Origin: an uncultured Ectothiorhodospiraceae bacterium
Lineage (GTDB): Bacteria > Pseudomonadota > Gammaproteobacteria > S012-40
Direction of reading: 5' to 3'
DNA: 64,000 nt
Assembly: GCA_945787715.1 (NCBI GenBank)
Contig: CALZJE010000001.1
Coordinates: 11,127 to 75,126 of the forward strand
Both the position numbers and the translations under genes were made by a program. Of the stretch, positions 10,501 to 19,022 are shown piece by piece (position 1 is the stretch's first letter; each line of letters starts with the position of its first letter). Below the pieces are notes generated by a model, which was not told the origin of the DNA, ran no database searches, and saw nothing but the letters and a program-made list of their open reading frames with translations.

Positions 10501-11571
10501 TTAATCGAAACTCCTTAGAGCTAGACCGCAAGCAATCATAAGAGCTGATGCATCATCGCTAAGTGCTTTTGCATTAACTTTTTTAGAGCGTGTCATCGAA
10601 GCAAATGGATTAGCTATGGATGTAGGAATGCCAACATGCGCTGATATGAGTTCATCTACGCCATGAACCACGGCGCAGCCACCAGCAATGACAAGATGAT
10701 CTATTGTGTTATGCTGACTTGAAGAAAAGAAAAATTGCAGGGAGCGACTAACTTGTTGGGCCATTGCTTTTTTAAAAGGATCCAGCACTTCTGGGATATA
10801 ATTATCTGGGAGTCCACCGTGTCTCTTCGCTTCTCCCGCTTCCTCATAAGAGAGGCCAAACCTGCGTTGAATCTCTTCAGTTAATTGTCGACCGCCAAAA
10901 ACTTGCTCTCGCGTGTAAATAATTTTCTGGTCATGAAGTACAGTGAGTGTAGTCATTGTTGCGCCAATATCGATGATGGCGATGGTGTTTCCGTAGCCTC
11001 GATCAGGTAAATGTGACGAAATCATTGAAACTGCGTTTTCAAGCGCATAAGCTTCAACATCGACAATACTCGGTTTTAACCCACCCAGTTCCACAGCGGC
11101 AACGCGTGCGTCAACATTCTCACTTCGGCAAGCTGCTAATAATACATAAACTAGTTCACTGTTTTTTTCAGTTGAACTAAGAATTTCAAAGTCTAGAGCA
11201 ACTTCTTCTATTGGATACGGGATGTACTGATCAGCTTCCAATTCAATTTGGCTGGCGAGTTCTTCCTCATTTAATGTGGCAGGCATGGAAATGATCTTGG
11301 TAATAACCGAAGATCCTGCTACTGCAACCGCTGTATCTGTTGTTTTTGCACCAGATCTTTTAAGTGCTTTACGAATTGTCTCTCCCACTGATTCGATATC
11401 GATGATTGCTTTTTCGACGACTGCAGTTGGGGAAATAGGTTCAACAGTGTAACTTTCAACTTGATAGCGATTATTTTGTTCGCTAAGCTCCAATAGTTTT
11501 ACAGAGGAAGAACTGATATCCAGACCTAGTAACGTCGACTTTTTTCTTTTGAATATATCAACTAATCCCAC
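10501..11571 (-). CDS. pilM: Type IV pilus assembly ATPase-fold protein PilM
   Basis: Actin-like fold (LGLDISSSSVKLLEL ... IIDIGATMTT ... LVIAGGCA); first gene of the operon. Confidence 0.9.
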   Translation of the reverse strand: MGLVDIFKRKKSTLLGLDISSSSVKLLELSEQNNRYQVESYTVEPISPTAVVEKAIIDIESVGETIRKALKRSGAKTTDTAVAVAGSSVITKIISMPATLNEEELASQIELEADQYIPYPIEEVALDFEILSSTEKNSELVYVLLAACRSENVDARVAAVELGGLKPSIVDVEAYALENAVSMISSHLPDRGYGNTIAIIDIGATMTTLTVLHDQKIIYTREQVFGGRQLTEEIQRRFGLSYEEAGEAKRHGGLPDNYIPEVLDPFKKAMAQQVSRSLQFFFSSSQHNTIDHLVIAGGCAVVHGVDELISAHVGIPTSIANPFASMTRSKKVNAKALSDDASALMIACGLALRSFD

Positions 11572-11940
11572 GCTAAACGTACCTTACATTATTATTAGTC
11601 GTAATGGTTAAAATATAACCAATGCAGCTTAGAGAATTCTTAATTGCTTTGAGAATCAAATTAAGAATGAGTAGGGTGTGCCGATGAAAAGCTATGAGTA
11701 TGAGTGAGTTGTACTCAATGTGAATTAATTTAATTTGCGTGGATTTGTGCTGTTTTATCTTTCGATAGAAGTTCAATATTGAATTAGTTTTTTTCCTAAG
11801 ATTTGGTAGCTGCCCGTGCAAAAATATAGCAGTCAAAAGGAATTGCAGAGTAAGATCAATAATTGTGAGTCAAATGCTTTAAACTCCGTAGATAGAATTG
11901 GTAACCAAGCATTAAGCCGAGTAATAAACAAACAGGGAAG

Positions 11941-14478
11941 ATGAGTGTTTTAATGAAGCAAACATTACCGCAGTCAGGCAAATCAAAAAAATCAAATCGT
12001 TTAAAAAAGCTTTTTAAGTTTATTTTTTACTCATCAATGCTATCAGTTACTTTAGTCGCTGCTCTTGTTGCAGGATTATATTTATACATTTCCCCTAGTC
12101 TCCCCTCGATAGAGAGCTTGAAAGACGTTCGTTTTCAAGTGCCGTTACGTATCTACTCTTCTGATGGCAAGCTAATAGGAGAGTTTGGTGAGAAAAGACG
12201 TTCACCTCTTAAGTATGAGGATATTCCTTCAGGCATGATAAATGGAATATTGGGTGCGGAGGATGACCGTTTTTTTGAGCATCCCGGCGTTGATTACCAC
12301 GGAATTCTACGAGCGATAAAGGTAATGATTACTACCGGAGAGAAAGCTCAAGGCGGCAGTACTATCACCATGCAAGTTGCACGTAATTTTTTCTTAAGCA
12401 GTGAAAAAACATTTTTACGAAAATTTAGTGAAATATTCTTGTCATTTAGAATCGAGGAAGAATTAAGTAAAGAAGAAATTCTGACTCTTTACCTCAATAA
12501 GATATATTTGGGTAATCGCTCCTATGGTGTTGGTGCTGCTGCGAAGATGTACTATGGAAAAAATATTGATCAGCTAAATGTCGCCCAACTTGCCATGATT
12601 GCTGGTTTGCCGAAAGCGCCATCCAAATACAATCCTATTGTTAATCCAAAACGGGCACTAATCCGCCGAAATTATGTGCTGGGCAGAATGTTGCAGCTTA
12701 ATTCTCTGAGTAAAGAGGGATATGACAAATCAATTCTTGCTCCAGTTACAGCTAGCCTTCATTTACAAAGTATTGGCTTGAATGCTCCCTATGCGGCAGA
12801 AATGGTGCGTAAGGAGATGATTGATCGTTTTGGAAATGAGGCTTATACGGAAGGATACAGTGTTTATACAACGTTGGATTCTCGTTTACAGAATCAAGCA
12901 GTTCGTAGTCTGCAATACAACTTGCTTGCTTACGAAGAGCGTCATGGTTATCGCGGCCCAGAAACCCATTTTGACCCGTTGGCGTACTCGGATCCGGAGG
13001 AGTGGGAAGCGGCGCTGAAAAAGCTAGAGAATTATCCTTTGTTGAAGCCTGGTGTAGTTGTTGGTATGGATGATCAGCAAGCGTATATATACATGAAGGG
13101 CGGAGTGGTTGTGGTACTGTGTTGGAAGGGTATGAAGTGGGCAGCCCCTTATCTCACTGGCAATGCGCCTGGGCCTAAGCCGAAAAGCACACATGACATA
13201 TTTTCTGTTGGCGATGTTGTAAGGTTGTATGATGCTGGTGGTGGGCGCTGGAGTTTGGGCCAAAGACCTGAAGTGGAAGGCGCGTTAGTGTCTATTCGCT
13301 CTCATGATGGAGCTATCCAAAGTATTGTCGGCGGTTATGATTTTTATCACAGTAAATTTAATCGGGCTGCGCAAGCTAAGCGGCAACCGGGTTCAAACTT
13401 TAAACCTTTTGTTTATTCAGCTGCTTTGGAGAAAGGGTATACCGCCGCATCTCTCATTAATGATGCACCTGTTGTTTTTAATGATCCTGGATTGGAAGAA
13501 TCGTGGCGCCCTGAAAACTATAGCGGTAAGTTTTTCGGTCCGACACGTCTCCGGGAAGCGTTGGTTAAGTCTCGCAATCTAGTGTCTATTCGAATTTTGC
13601 GCTCAATAGGTGTTCGTTATGCGATTGGTTATGTGAAGCGATTTGGGTTTGACCCAGCGGAGTTGCCAAAGGATTTATCCTTGGCGCTTGGTAGTGCTAC
13701 CGTAACGCCATTATCGATTGCGCAAGGTTATGCAACGTTTTCCAATGGTGGTTACGCGGTGGAACCCTATTTAATTACAAGTATTGTTGATTCGCAGGAT
13801 GAAATTATTTATGCAGCGAATCCTGCTGTAGTTTGCCCAAAATGTGAAGAGGATCTTTTCAGTAATGAAAGTAATGAAAGTAATGAAAGCAATGAAAGCA
13901 ATGAAAGCAATGAAAGCAATGAAAGCAATGAAAGCTTACTGAGCTCTCATGATGAGTCGAAGTCTATAAACCTGGCTAAGCGCATTATCACAGAAGAAAA
14001 CGCCTATATCGTGACAACGATTATGCAAGATATTATTCGACGCGGAACAGGTCGTAGAGCACTGGTGTTAAATCGAGATGATCTTGCCGGTAAAACAGGG
14101 ACAACTAATGATCAACAAGATGCTTGGTTTTCTGGCTTTAACGCTGATATTGTAACCACCGCTTGGGTTGGCTTTGATAAACCGCAACCACTCGGTGATT
14201 TTGAATCAGGTGCGCGTGCGGCATTACCCATGTGGATTTCGTATATGCGAGAAGCTTTAAAAGATTCCCCTGAAAAGCCCCTGGTTCAGCCTCAAGGTCT
14301 TGTAACTGTGCGTATTGACCCAGAAACAGGCTTGCTAGCAGGTGGCGATTTCCCACAAGCAATTTTCGAAAGTTTTCGTAAAGAAAATGTGCCAAAACAA
14401 TCGGCAATGAAAGCAACAGCCGACCCCTCTTCGGGCTCGGAAAATTCACCTGAAGAAATGTCGGAACAATTGTTTTAA
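11941..14478 (+). CDS. mrcA: Penicillin-binding protein 1A (bifunctional glycosyltransferase/transpeptidase)
   Basis: Glycosyltransferase motifs EDxxFxxHxG and RKxxE; transpeptidase motifs SxxK (GSNFKP), SxN and KTGT. Confidence 0.9.
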   Translation: MSVLMKQTLPQSGKSKKSNRLKKLFKFIFYSSMLSVTLVAALVAGLYLYISPSLPSIESLKDVRFQVPLRIYSSDGKLIGEFGEKRRSPLKYEDIPSGMINGILGAEDDRFFEHPGVDYHGILRAIKVMITTGEKAQGGSTITMQVARNFFLSSEKTFLRKFSEIFLSFRIEEELSKEEILTLYLNKIYLGNRSYGVGAAAKMYYGKNIDQLNVAQLAMIAGLPKAPSKYNPIVNPKRALIRRNYVLGRMLQLNSLSKEGYDKSILAPVTASLHLQSIGLNAPYAAEMVRKEMIDRFGNEAYTEGYSVYTTLDSRLQNQAVRSLQYNLLAYEERHGYRGPETHFDPLAYSDPEEWEAALKKLENYPLLKPGVVVGMDDQQAYIYMKGGVVVVLCWKGMKWAAPYLTGNAPGPKPKSTHDIFSVGDVVRLYDAGGGRWSLGQRPEVEGALVSIRSHDGAIQSIVGGYDFYHSKFNRAAQAKRQPGSNFKPFVYSAALEKGYTAASLINDAPVVFNDPGLEESWRPENYSGKFFGPTRLREALVKSRNLVSIRILRSIGVRYAIGYVKRFGFDPAELPKDLSLALGSATVTPLSIAQGYATFSNGGYAVEPYLITSIVDSQDEIIYAANPAVVCPKCEEDLFSNESNESNESNESNESNESNESNESLLSSHDESKSINLAKRIITEENAYIVTTIMQDIIRRGTGRRALVLNRDDLAGKTGTTNDQQDAWFSGFNADIVTTAWVGFDKPQPLGDFESGARAALPMWISYMREALKDSPEKPLVQPQGLVTVRIDPETGLLAGGDFPQAIFESFRKENVPKQSAMKATADPSSGSENSPEEMSEQLF
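13861..13932 (+). repeat. In-frame 9-bp tandem repeat (AGYAATGAA)x8 encoding (SNE)x8 inside mrcA
   Basis: Directly visible: agtaatgaa x3 followed by agcaatgaa x5, translating to SNESNESNESNESNESNESNESNES. Confidence 0.9.
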
Positions 14479-14485
14479 TTTTACA

Positions 14486-15091
14486 ATGAGCTCACATAGT
14501 ACTTCCCATAAGCAAAGACTAGAGATTGCTGTTCAAGCTGCGCGATTGCTCGCCGAGGATGGTAGGCTTGATTATCTGTCGGCTAAACAAAAAGCATTGA
14601 AATTGTGCAATGTCGGTGGTCGCGTCGACTTGCCGACAAATGAAGAAATTGAGACACAATTGAAAGTTCATCAAAAGTTATTTGATCAAGGTGATAACCG
14701 ACAGGATTTAATACGAGAGTTACGCAAAGATGCAGTGGCGATTATGCAGAAATTTGAGTTGTTCGAGCCGTTGTTGGTGGGAGCGGTGCTTGAAGGAACA
14801 GCGGTTGAGAATTCGCCAATTGAGCTGCATGTTTTTTCTGATTCGGTTAAAGAAGTAGCAATCTTTCTAATTGAGAAGAATATTGATTTTGAATCTTTAG
14901 ATCGTAAAATGCGTTTTAATAAAAATGAGACAATCATTGTCCCAATGCTCCGTTTTTATATTGGTGAGAGAGAGATTGAGTTGAGTATTTTTAATTATAA
15001 AATGTTAAGGCACAAACTAATTAGTTCTATTACCCAGCAGCCAATGAAGAGGGCAAATATTAAAAAAGTTCAGCGGTTGATCTCAAAATAA
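14486..15091 (+). CDS. Hypothetical cytoplasmic protein
   Basis: 201-aa ORF, 8 bp after the mrcA stop and likely co-transcribed; no motif recognised. Confidence 0.4.
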   Translation: MSSHSTSHKQRLEIAVQAARLLAEDGRLDYLSAKQKALKLCNVGGRVDLPTNEEIETQLKVHQKLFDQGDNRQDLIRELRKDAVAIMQKFELFEPLLVGAVLEGTAVENSPIELHVFSDSVKEVAIFLIEKNIDFESLDRKMRFNKNETIIVPMLRFYIGEREIELSIFNYKMLRHKLISSITQQPMKRANIKKVQRLISK

Positions 15092-15120
15092 AAGCACAAT
15101 TTCAATATGTGCTTTTATTC
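15088..15120. terminator. Bidirectional hairpin terminator between two convergent genes
   Basis: Stem aaaagcaca/tgtgctttt with an A-run before and a T-run after; lies between the plus-strand gene ending at 15091 and the minus-strand gene ending at 15132. Confidence 0.5.
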
Positions 15121-15131
15121 AATAACTACTT

Positions 15132-16379
15132 TTAGACTTTGGGATAATGTGAGGGATAGTCCTTTTTAGCAACACCTGAATCGACTGCTGCTTTTGCTAT
15201 ACGTGGTGGAATTCGATCTATCAGCCTGGCGTCAAGAGGTTTGGGGATAATGTAATCTTTTCCAAAGCTCATCTCTGATACCTTATATGCATCCATGACT
15301 TCTTGTGGTACAGGTTCCCGTGCTATATCTTTTAATGCATGCACAGCTGCGATTTCCATTGCTTGGTTAATAGTGCTGGCTCGAACATCCAGCGCACCCC
15401 TAAAAATAAAGGGGAAACCTAACACATTGTTAACTTGATTGGGATAGTCGCTTCGCCCTGTCGCCATAATTAGGTCGTCTCGGGTTTTTAATGCAATTTC
15501 AGGTTTGATTTCAGGGTCTGGGTTAGAAAGTGCAAATACGATGGGATTTGATGCCATAGATTTCAACATCGCTTCGTTGACTAAATCAGGGCCAGACACT
15601 CCAATCATGACATCCGCATTTTTCATGGCGTCGTCAAGGGTCCGATCTTCGGTGTCTACCGCGAACGCTTGTTTGTATTTGTTCAAATCATCTCTACCTA
15701 AGTGAACAATGCCTTTTCTATCAATGAGAAAAATGTTGTTTTTAGCTGCTCCCAGCGCAATAAGAAGGTTCATTGAAGCGATGCCTGCTGATCCTGCGCC
15801 AATACATACAATCTTTGCGCTTTCCAGGCTTTTATTTTGTAAATGAAGGGCGTTTAGTAGACCCGCGGCGATAATAATAGCTGTACCATGCTGATCATCA
15901 TGAAAAACAGGGATGTCGAGTTTATCTTTTAATTGTTTTTCTATCTCAAAACAGGCCGGCGCAGCTATATCTTCAAGATTAATGCCGCCAAAAGTTGGTG
16001 ATATATTGACAACCGTTTGTACGAATTCCTCTATATCGCTAGTGCCAATTTCGATGTCGAATACGTCTACATCGGCAAATCGTTTAAATAACACACCTTT
16101 GCCTTCCATAACCGGCTTTCCTGCCAGTGCACCCGTGTTACCAAGACCCAAAACAGCTGTACCATCGGTTATGACACCTACAAGGTTTCCTTTTGTGGTG
16201 TATTCATAGGCAAGTTCTGGGTCTTTCGCGATTTCCCTCACTGGCTCTGCTACACCTGGTGTGTAGGCTAGAGATAACTCATACTGAGAAGTACATGGTT
16301 TAGTTATCTCTATTCCTATTTTTCCCGGTTTTGGTTGGGAATGGTAATCGAGAGCTTGTTTTTTAAGTTCTTTACTCAT
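15132..16379 (-). CDS. NAD(P)-dependent malic enzyme (short form, malate dehydrogenase, oxaloacetate-decarboxylating)
   Basis: Malic-enzyme N-terminal and NAD-binding domains (GAGSAGIA Rossmann motif; LAYTPGVAEP); 415 aa with no PTA-like extension. Confidence 0.85.
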   Translation of the reverse strand: MSKELKKQALDYHSQPKPGKIGIEITKPCTSQYELSLAYTPGVAEPVREIAKDPELAYEYTTKGNLVGVITDGTAVLGLGNTGALAGKPVMEGKGVLFKRFADVDVFDIEIGTSDIEEFVQTVVNISPTFGGINLEDIAAPACFEIEKQLKDKLDIPVFHDDQHGTAIIIAAGLLNALHLQNKSLESAKIVCIGAGSAGIASMNLLIALGAAKNNIFLIDRKGIVHLGRDDLNKYKQAFAVDTEDRTLDDAMKNADVMIGVSGPDLVNEAMLKSMASNPIVFALSNPDPEIKPEIALKTRDDLIMATGRSDYPNQVNNVLGFPFIFRGALDVRASTINQAMEIAAVHALKDIAREPVPQEVMDAYKVSEMSFGKDYIIPKPLDARLIDRIPPRIAKAAVDSGVAKKDYPSHYPKV

Positions 16380-16429
16380 GGGAAGAGTCCTGTTCTTTTG
16401 GTGTTTCAGAAATAGCAGGGAATGTGCCG

Positions 16430-17209
16430 TTATATCTGTTCGAATTCAATTGCGCTTGGGTGTTTTAGATCCATCGTGAATTTTCTATTCTTCATTTTTA
16501 CCCAGCCATTAACTGTCACGTTTTTATTAATAAGGCTTTTGAAATTGAATTTGTTAAAATATGATGCGTTGTTTTTACGTATTCGTAGTACCAACTTGTT
16601 TATAAAAGTGATGGTTGTATGTCCGTTCAAGTGCTCTACTGACTTAATTTTACCTGTAATACGTCTGTAACCCATTTTATTTTTATTAAGCGATGCGGCT
16701 TTCGTTGGTTTAAAATAGCGGCTTTTCCATATGCCCTTTTTAGACTTTTTTGCGATCTGTTCCGCGACCTTATAGCATCTTTGCAGCCATAAGTTGGGTG
16801 GTATGGAGATGTTGCTTGCATAGCCCTTTTCCAAAAGGGAGTATTGTAAGTTTGTCCCGTCTTTAAGAAATATGTGAGCCAAAACTCTTTTGTATCTGTC
16901 TTTTCGTTCTACATCGAACTTCAAGCCTATTTTTTGATTTAACACTTTTCTTGAAAGGAAGTGTTTGGCTTTTTTTGCGTAGGGCTCAGGTGTGCCCTTG
17001 TTGTAGTTCATTTCTGGGGTATTTATTCCAATGAGTCGTATACTCTGACCATTGGCTAGTTTGATAGTGTCTCCATCATAAACATTGGTGACGTATCCAG
17101 TTTGATCAAATTTGTTAATTGAGCAGGTTGTCGGTTTGGCGAACGAGCTAGATGGAAGGGTGTAGAAAATGAAACAGAGTAATACCGCTAGCTTGGCCTT
17201 TGATGCCAA
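16430..17209 (-). CDS. Secreted thermonuclease (SNase-like) family protein with Lys-rich C-terminal domain
   Basis: SNase core (YDGDTIKL...IRLIGINTPE...KDRYKRVLAHIF). The ATG-initiated track ORF (to 17281) overlaps rpmE by 35 nt and has 24 residues ahead of a clear signal peptide. An in-frame TTG at 17209 would give M-ASKAKLAVLLCFIFYTLPSSSFA, so this start is inferred. Confidence 0.55.
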   Translation of the reverse strand: MASKAKLAVLLCFIFYTLPSSSFAKPTTCSINKFDQTGYVTNVYDGDTIKLANGQSIRLIGINTPEMNYNKGTPEPYAKKAKHFLSRKVLNQKIGLKFDVERKDRYKRVLAHIFLKDGTNLQYSLLEKGYASNISIPPNLWLQRCYKVAEQIAKKSKKGIWKSRYFKPTKAASLNKNKMGYRRITGKIKSVEHLNGHTTITFINKLVLRIRKNNASYFNKFNFKSLINKNVTVNGWVKMKNRKFTMDLKHPSAIEFEQI

Positions 17210-17246
17210 GCTAAGTCGGTAAAAAGCTGACTGTGGCAAATAATAA

Positions 17247-17450
17247 TTATTTGCGGGCGTATTTTTGGCGGAATTTATCAACTCGACCCGCGGTATCTAG
17301 AACTTTTTGCTTGCCGGTATAAAAAGGGTGACACGCTGAGCATACGTCGATTGTTAAATCTTTGTCTCTTGTAGAGCGAGTTTCAAATTTGTTGCCACAG
17401 CTGCAAGTCACTTGAGTTGCAGCATAATTTGGATGAATATCAGCTTTCAT
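17247..17450 (-). CDS. rpmE: 50S ribosomal protein L31
   Basis: MKADIHPNY ... CSCG ... [12 protein letters not shown] zinc-ribbon L31 signature. Confidence 0.9.
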   Translation of the reverse strand: MKADIHPNYAATQVTCSCGNKFETRSTRDKDLTIDVCSACHPFYTGKQKVLDTAGRVDKFRQKYARK

Positions 17451-17835
17451 AATTAAACCTTATCTAATTTTTAGCTATATCGCCACTCGATCGTCATTTG
17501 TCGAGCACCATATAGACGAAGGGCGCAAGTATATTGGAACAATCTACTTTCATCAAGCATTTGTTTTCACGGATTTTGGCGTGATAATCCGGTATTTATT
17601 TCAAGCGCCATTAGATGATTTGCTCAGGCTACACTCTATAATGTAGAATTTTGTTGCTTGTCGCGAATGTGTATAAAAACAAATCAATAAGTCAATTTCA
17701 ACTTCTTTTAACTTGTTGTTATTTATTGGTAAGATGCAGCGAATATTAAAACTGCGGCGCCAAATTAATTAGGCTTGATGTTCTTTTACACTCATTGCCT
17801 GTCATTTTATTCATACATAGATTTAGGTTGTATTC

Positions 17836-18348
17836 ATGGATTACCGTAGTGAAGAAAAACGTTTATTAAAATTTATTGCTGCTTCTGCTTTTTTCCTTTT
17901 TGTAGGGACCGTTCACGGTGTTTTGCAGGTTATACGCCCAGTTCGTGCTTATTTAGACTCTATAGGAAGTCCTTATGGTGGGCCTGGTCACATGATTGAT
18001 CCTTTAGCCCACGCGCATATTAACGTGATTGGTGGAGTTGTTTTACTACTCATGGCTGTTAGTTATTATTTATTGCCGCGCATTACAGGTAAACGATTGT
18101 TCTCTTATAAATTGGTCGAGCATACTTTTTGGTGGACGAGCCTTGGAATTACTGGTTTTTATAGCACTTTGTTATTCTTTGGCTTTTGGGAAGGTAATTT
18201 GTTATTGGCAGAAAACCTTGAGCGTATGCAAGAAGTCCATAGCTATTACAGTAAAACTATAGCTATTATTGCAACAATAATGGGGATGGGTTTTTGGATC
18301 TATTTTGCAAACGTTTATATGACTTTCAAACGAGCAGGTAAATCATGA
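17836..18348 (+). CDS. Small 4-TM membrane protein resembling only the C-terminal helices (about X-XII) of heme-copper oxidase subunit I
   Basis: LAHAHINVIGGVVLL parallels the helix-X heme-ligand motif AHFHYVLSMGAVF of COX1/CcoN. KLVEHTFWWTSLGITGFYSTLLFFGFWEG parallels [22 protein letters not shown]. No CuB His ligands are present. Promoter-like TTGTTA/TAAGAT lies upstream. Confidence 0.5.
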   Translation: MDYRSEEKRLLKFIAASAFFLFVGTVHGVLQVIRPVRAYLDSIGSPYGGPGHMIDPLAHAHINVIGGVVLLLMAVSYYLLPRITGKRLFSYKLVEHTFWWTSLGITGFYSTLLFFGFWEGNLLLAENLERMQEVHSYYSKTIAIIATIMGMGFWIYFANVYMTFKRAGKS

Positions 18349-18980
18349 TTGAACATGATCAGGAAGTGAATACTGAGACGGGTGAGTTGGCCGAGTCCGA
18401 GATGTGTCCTTGCCCAGAAGGGTATCCTGACTGGGATGGCAAAATAATTAATTTGGGCGGTTGGTGTGTCCACGAAATGAAAATAGCATCATTTTTTCAT
18501 ATGCCAATGGCTTACGATATGTATGTTAGTAAACAAGCGGCTAATGTTCAACACCTCGGACTTGTAGAAAAATGGCCTGGTTTTCTGATGACGAAGACAG
18601 GTATGTGGGGTGGGAGAATTATGCGGTTATTGGAAGATAGTGAGTCACCATCGAGACTAGTTCACTATCTATCTGAACCATTTTTTGTACAAGTGAAGCT
18701 ACATAATGGTGGTGTAGGCACAGTACCCAAAGCTGTTCATGAGATGCAAATCGAAATGGTCGAAAGGGGGCAGATCCCTAAAGATCTTTATTTAGCTCAT
18801 CTAACTTGTCCTCTTTGTGAAGAAAGAAAGCATGGGGATAAGATTATGATATTAAGAAAATTCACAGCAAACGAAAGAATTACGCTGCGTTTGGAAGATG
18901 AGCGGCGACGTGAAGAGAAAAAGGCGGCGAAAAAGTCTCTTAAAGAGAGTGGAAATAAAAATACTCAAACTAGCGTGTAA
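18345..18980 (+). CDS. Hypothetical soluble Cys-motif protein translationally coupled to the upstream membrane protein
   Basis: ATGA start/stop overlap with the upstream gene; motifs CPCPEG...GGWCVHE...CPLCEERKHG suggest a metal-binding site; Lys/Glu-rich C-terminal tail. Confidence 0.45.
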   Translation: MIEHDQEVNTETGELAESEMCPCPEGYPDWDGKIINLGGWCVHEMKIASFFHMPMAYDMYVSKQAANVQHLGLVEKWPGFLMTKTGMWGGRIMRLLEDSESPSRLVHYLSEPFFVQVKLHNGGVGTVPKAVHEMQIEMVERGQIPKDLYLAHLTCPLCEERKHGDKIMILRKFTANERITLRLEDERRREEKKAAKKSLKESGNKNTQTSV

Positions 18981-19022
18981 CGCTGAACCGAGTATTTGTT
19001 AACTCTATTTGCTGTTTGAACT

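Noticed and set aside
11805-11818. 14-mer GGTAGCTGCCCGTG shared (13 of 14) with 45909-45922 in another intergenic region, as a possible regulatory motif.
   Set aside because: A back-of-envelope expectation for 13-of-14 matches among all position pairs in 64 kb runs to hundreds, so this is not significant without further copies.
11573-11836. 87-aa ORF upstream of pilM.
   Set aside because: AT-rich promoter region between the divergent pilM and mrcA genes. The translation is Ile/Leu/Asn-rich with no motif and no ribosome-binding site.
13861-13932. Possible CRISPR-like short repeat array.
   Set aside because: The repeats are contiguous 9-bp units with no spacers, in frame inside mrcA. This is a coding microsatellite, not a CRISPR.
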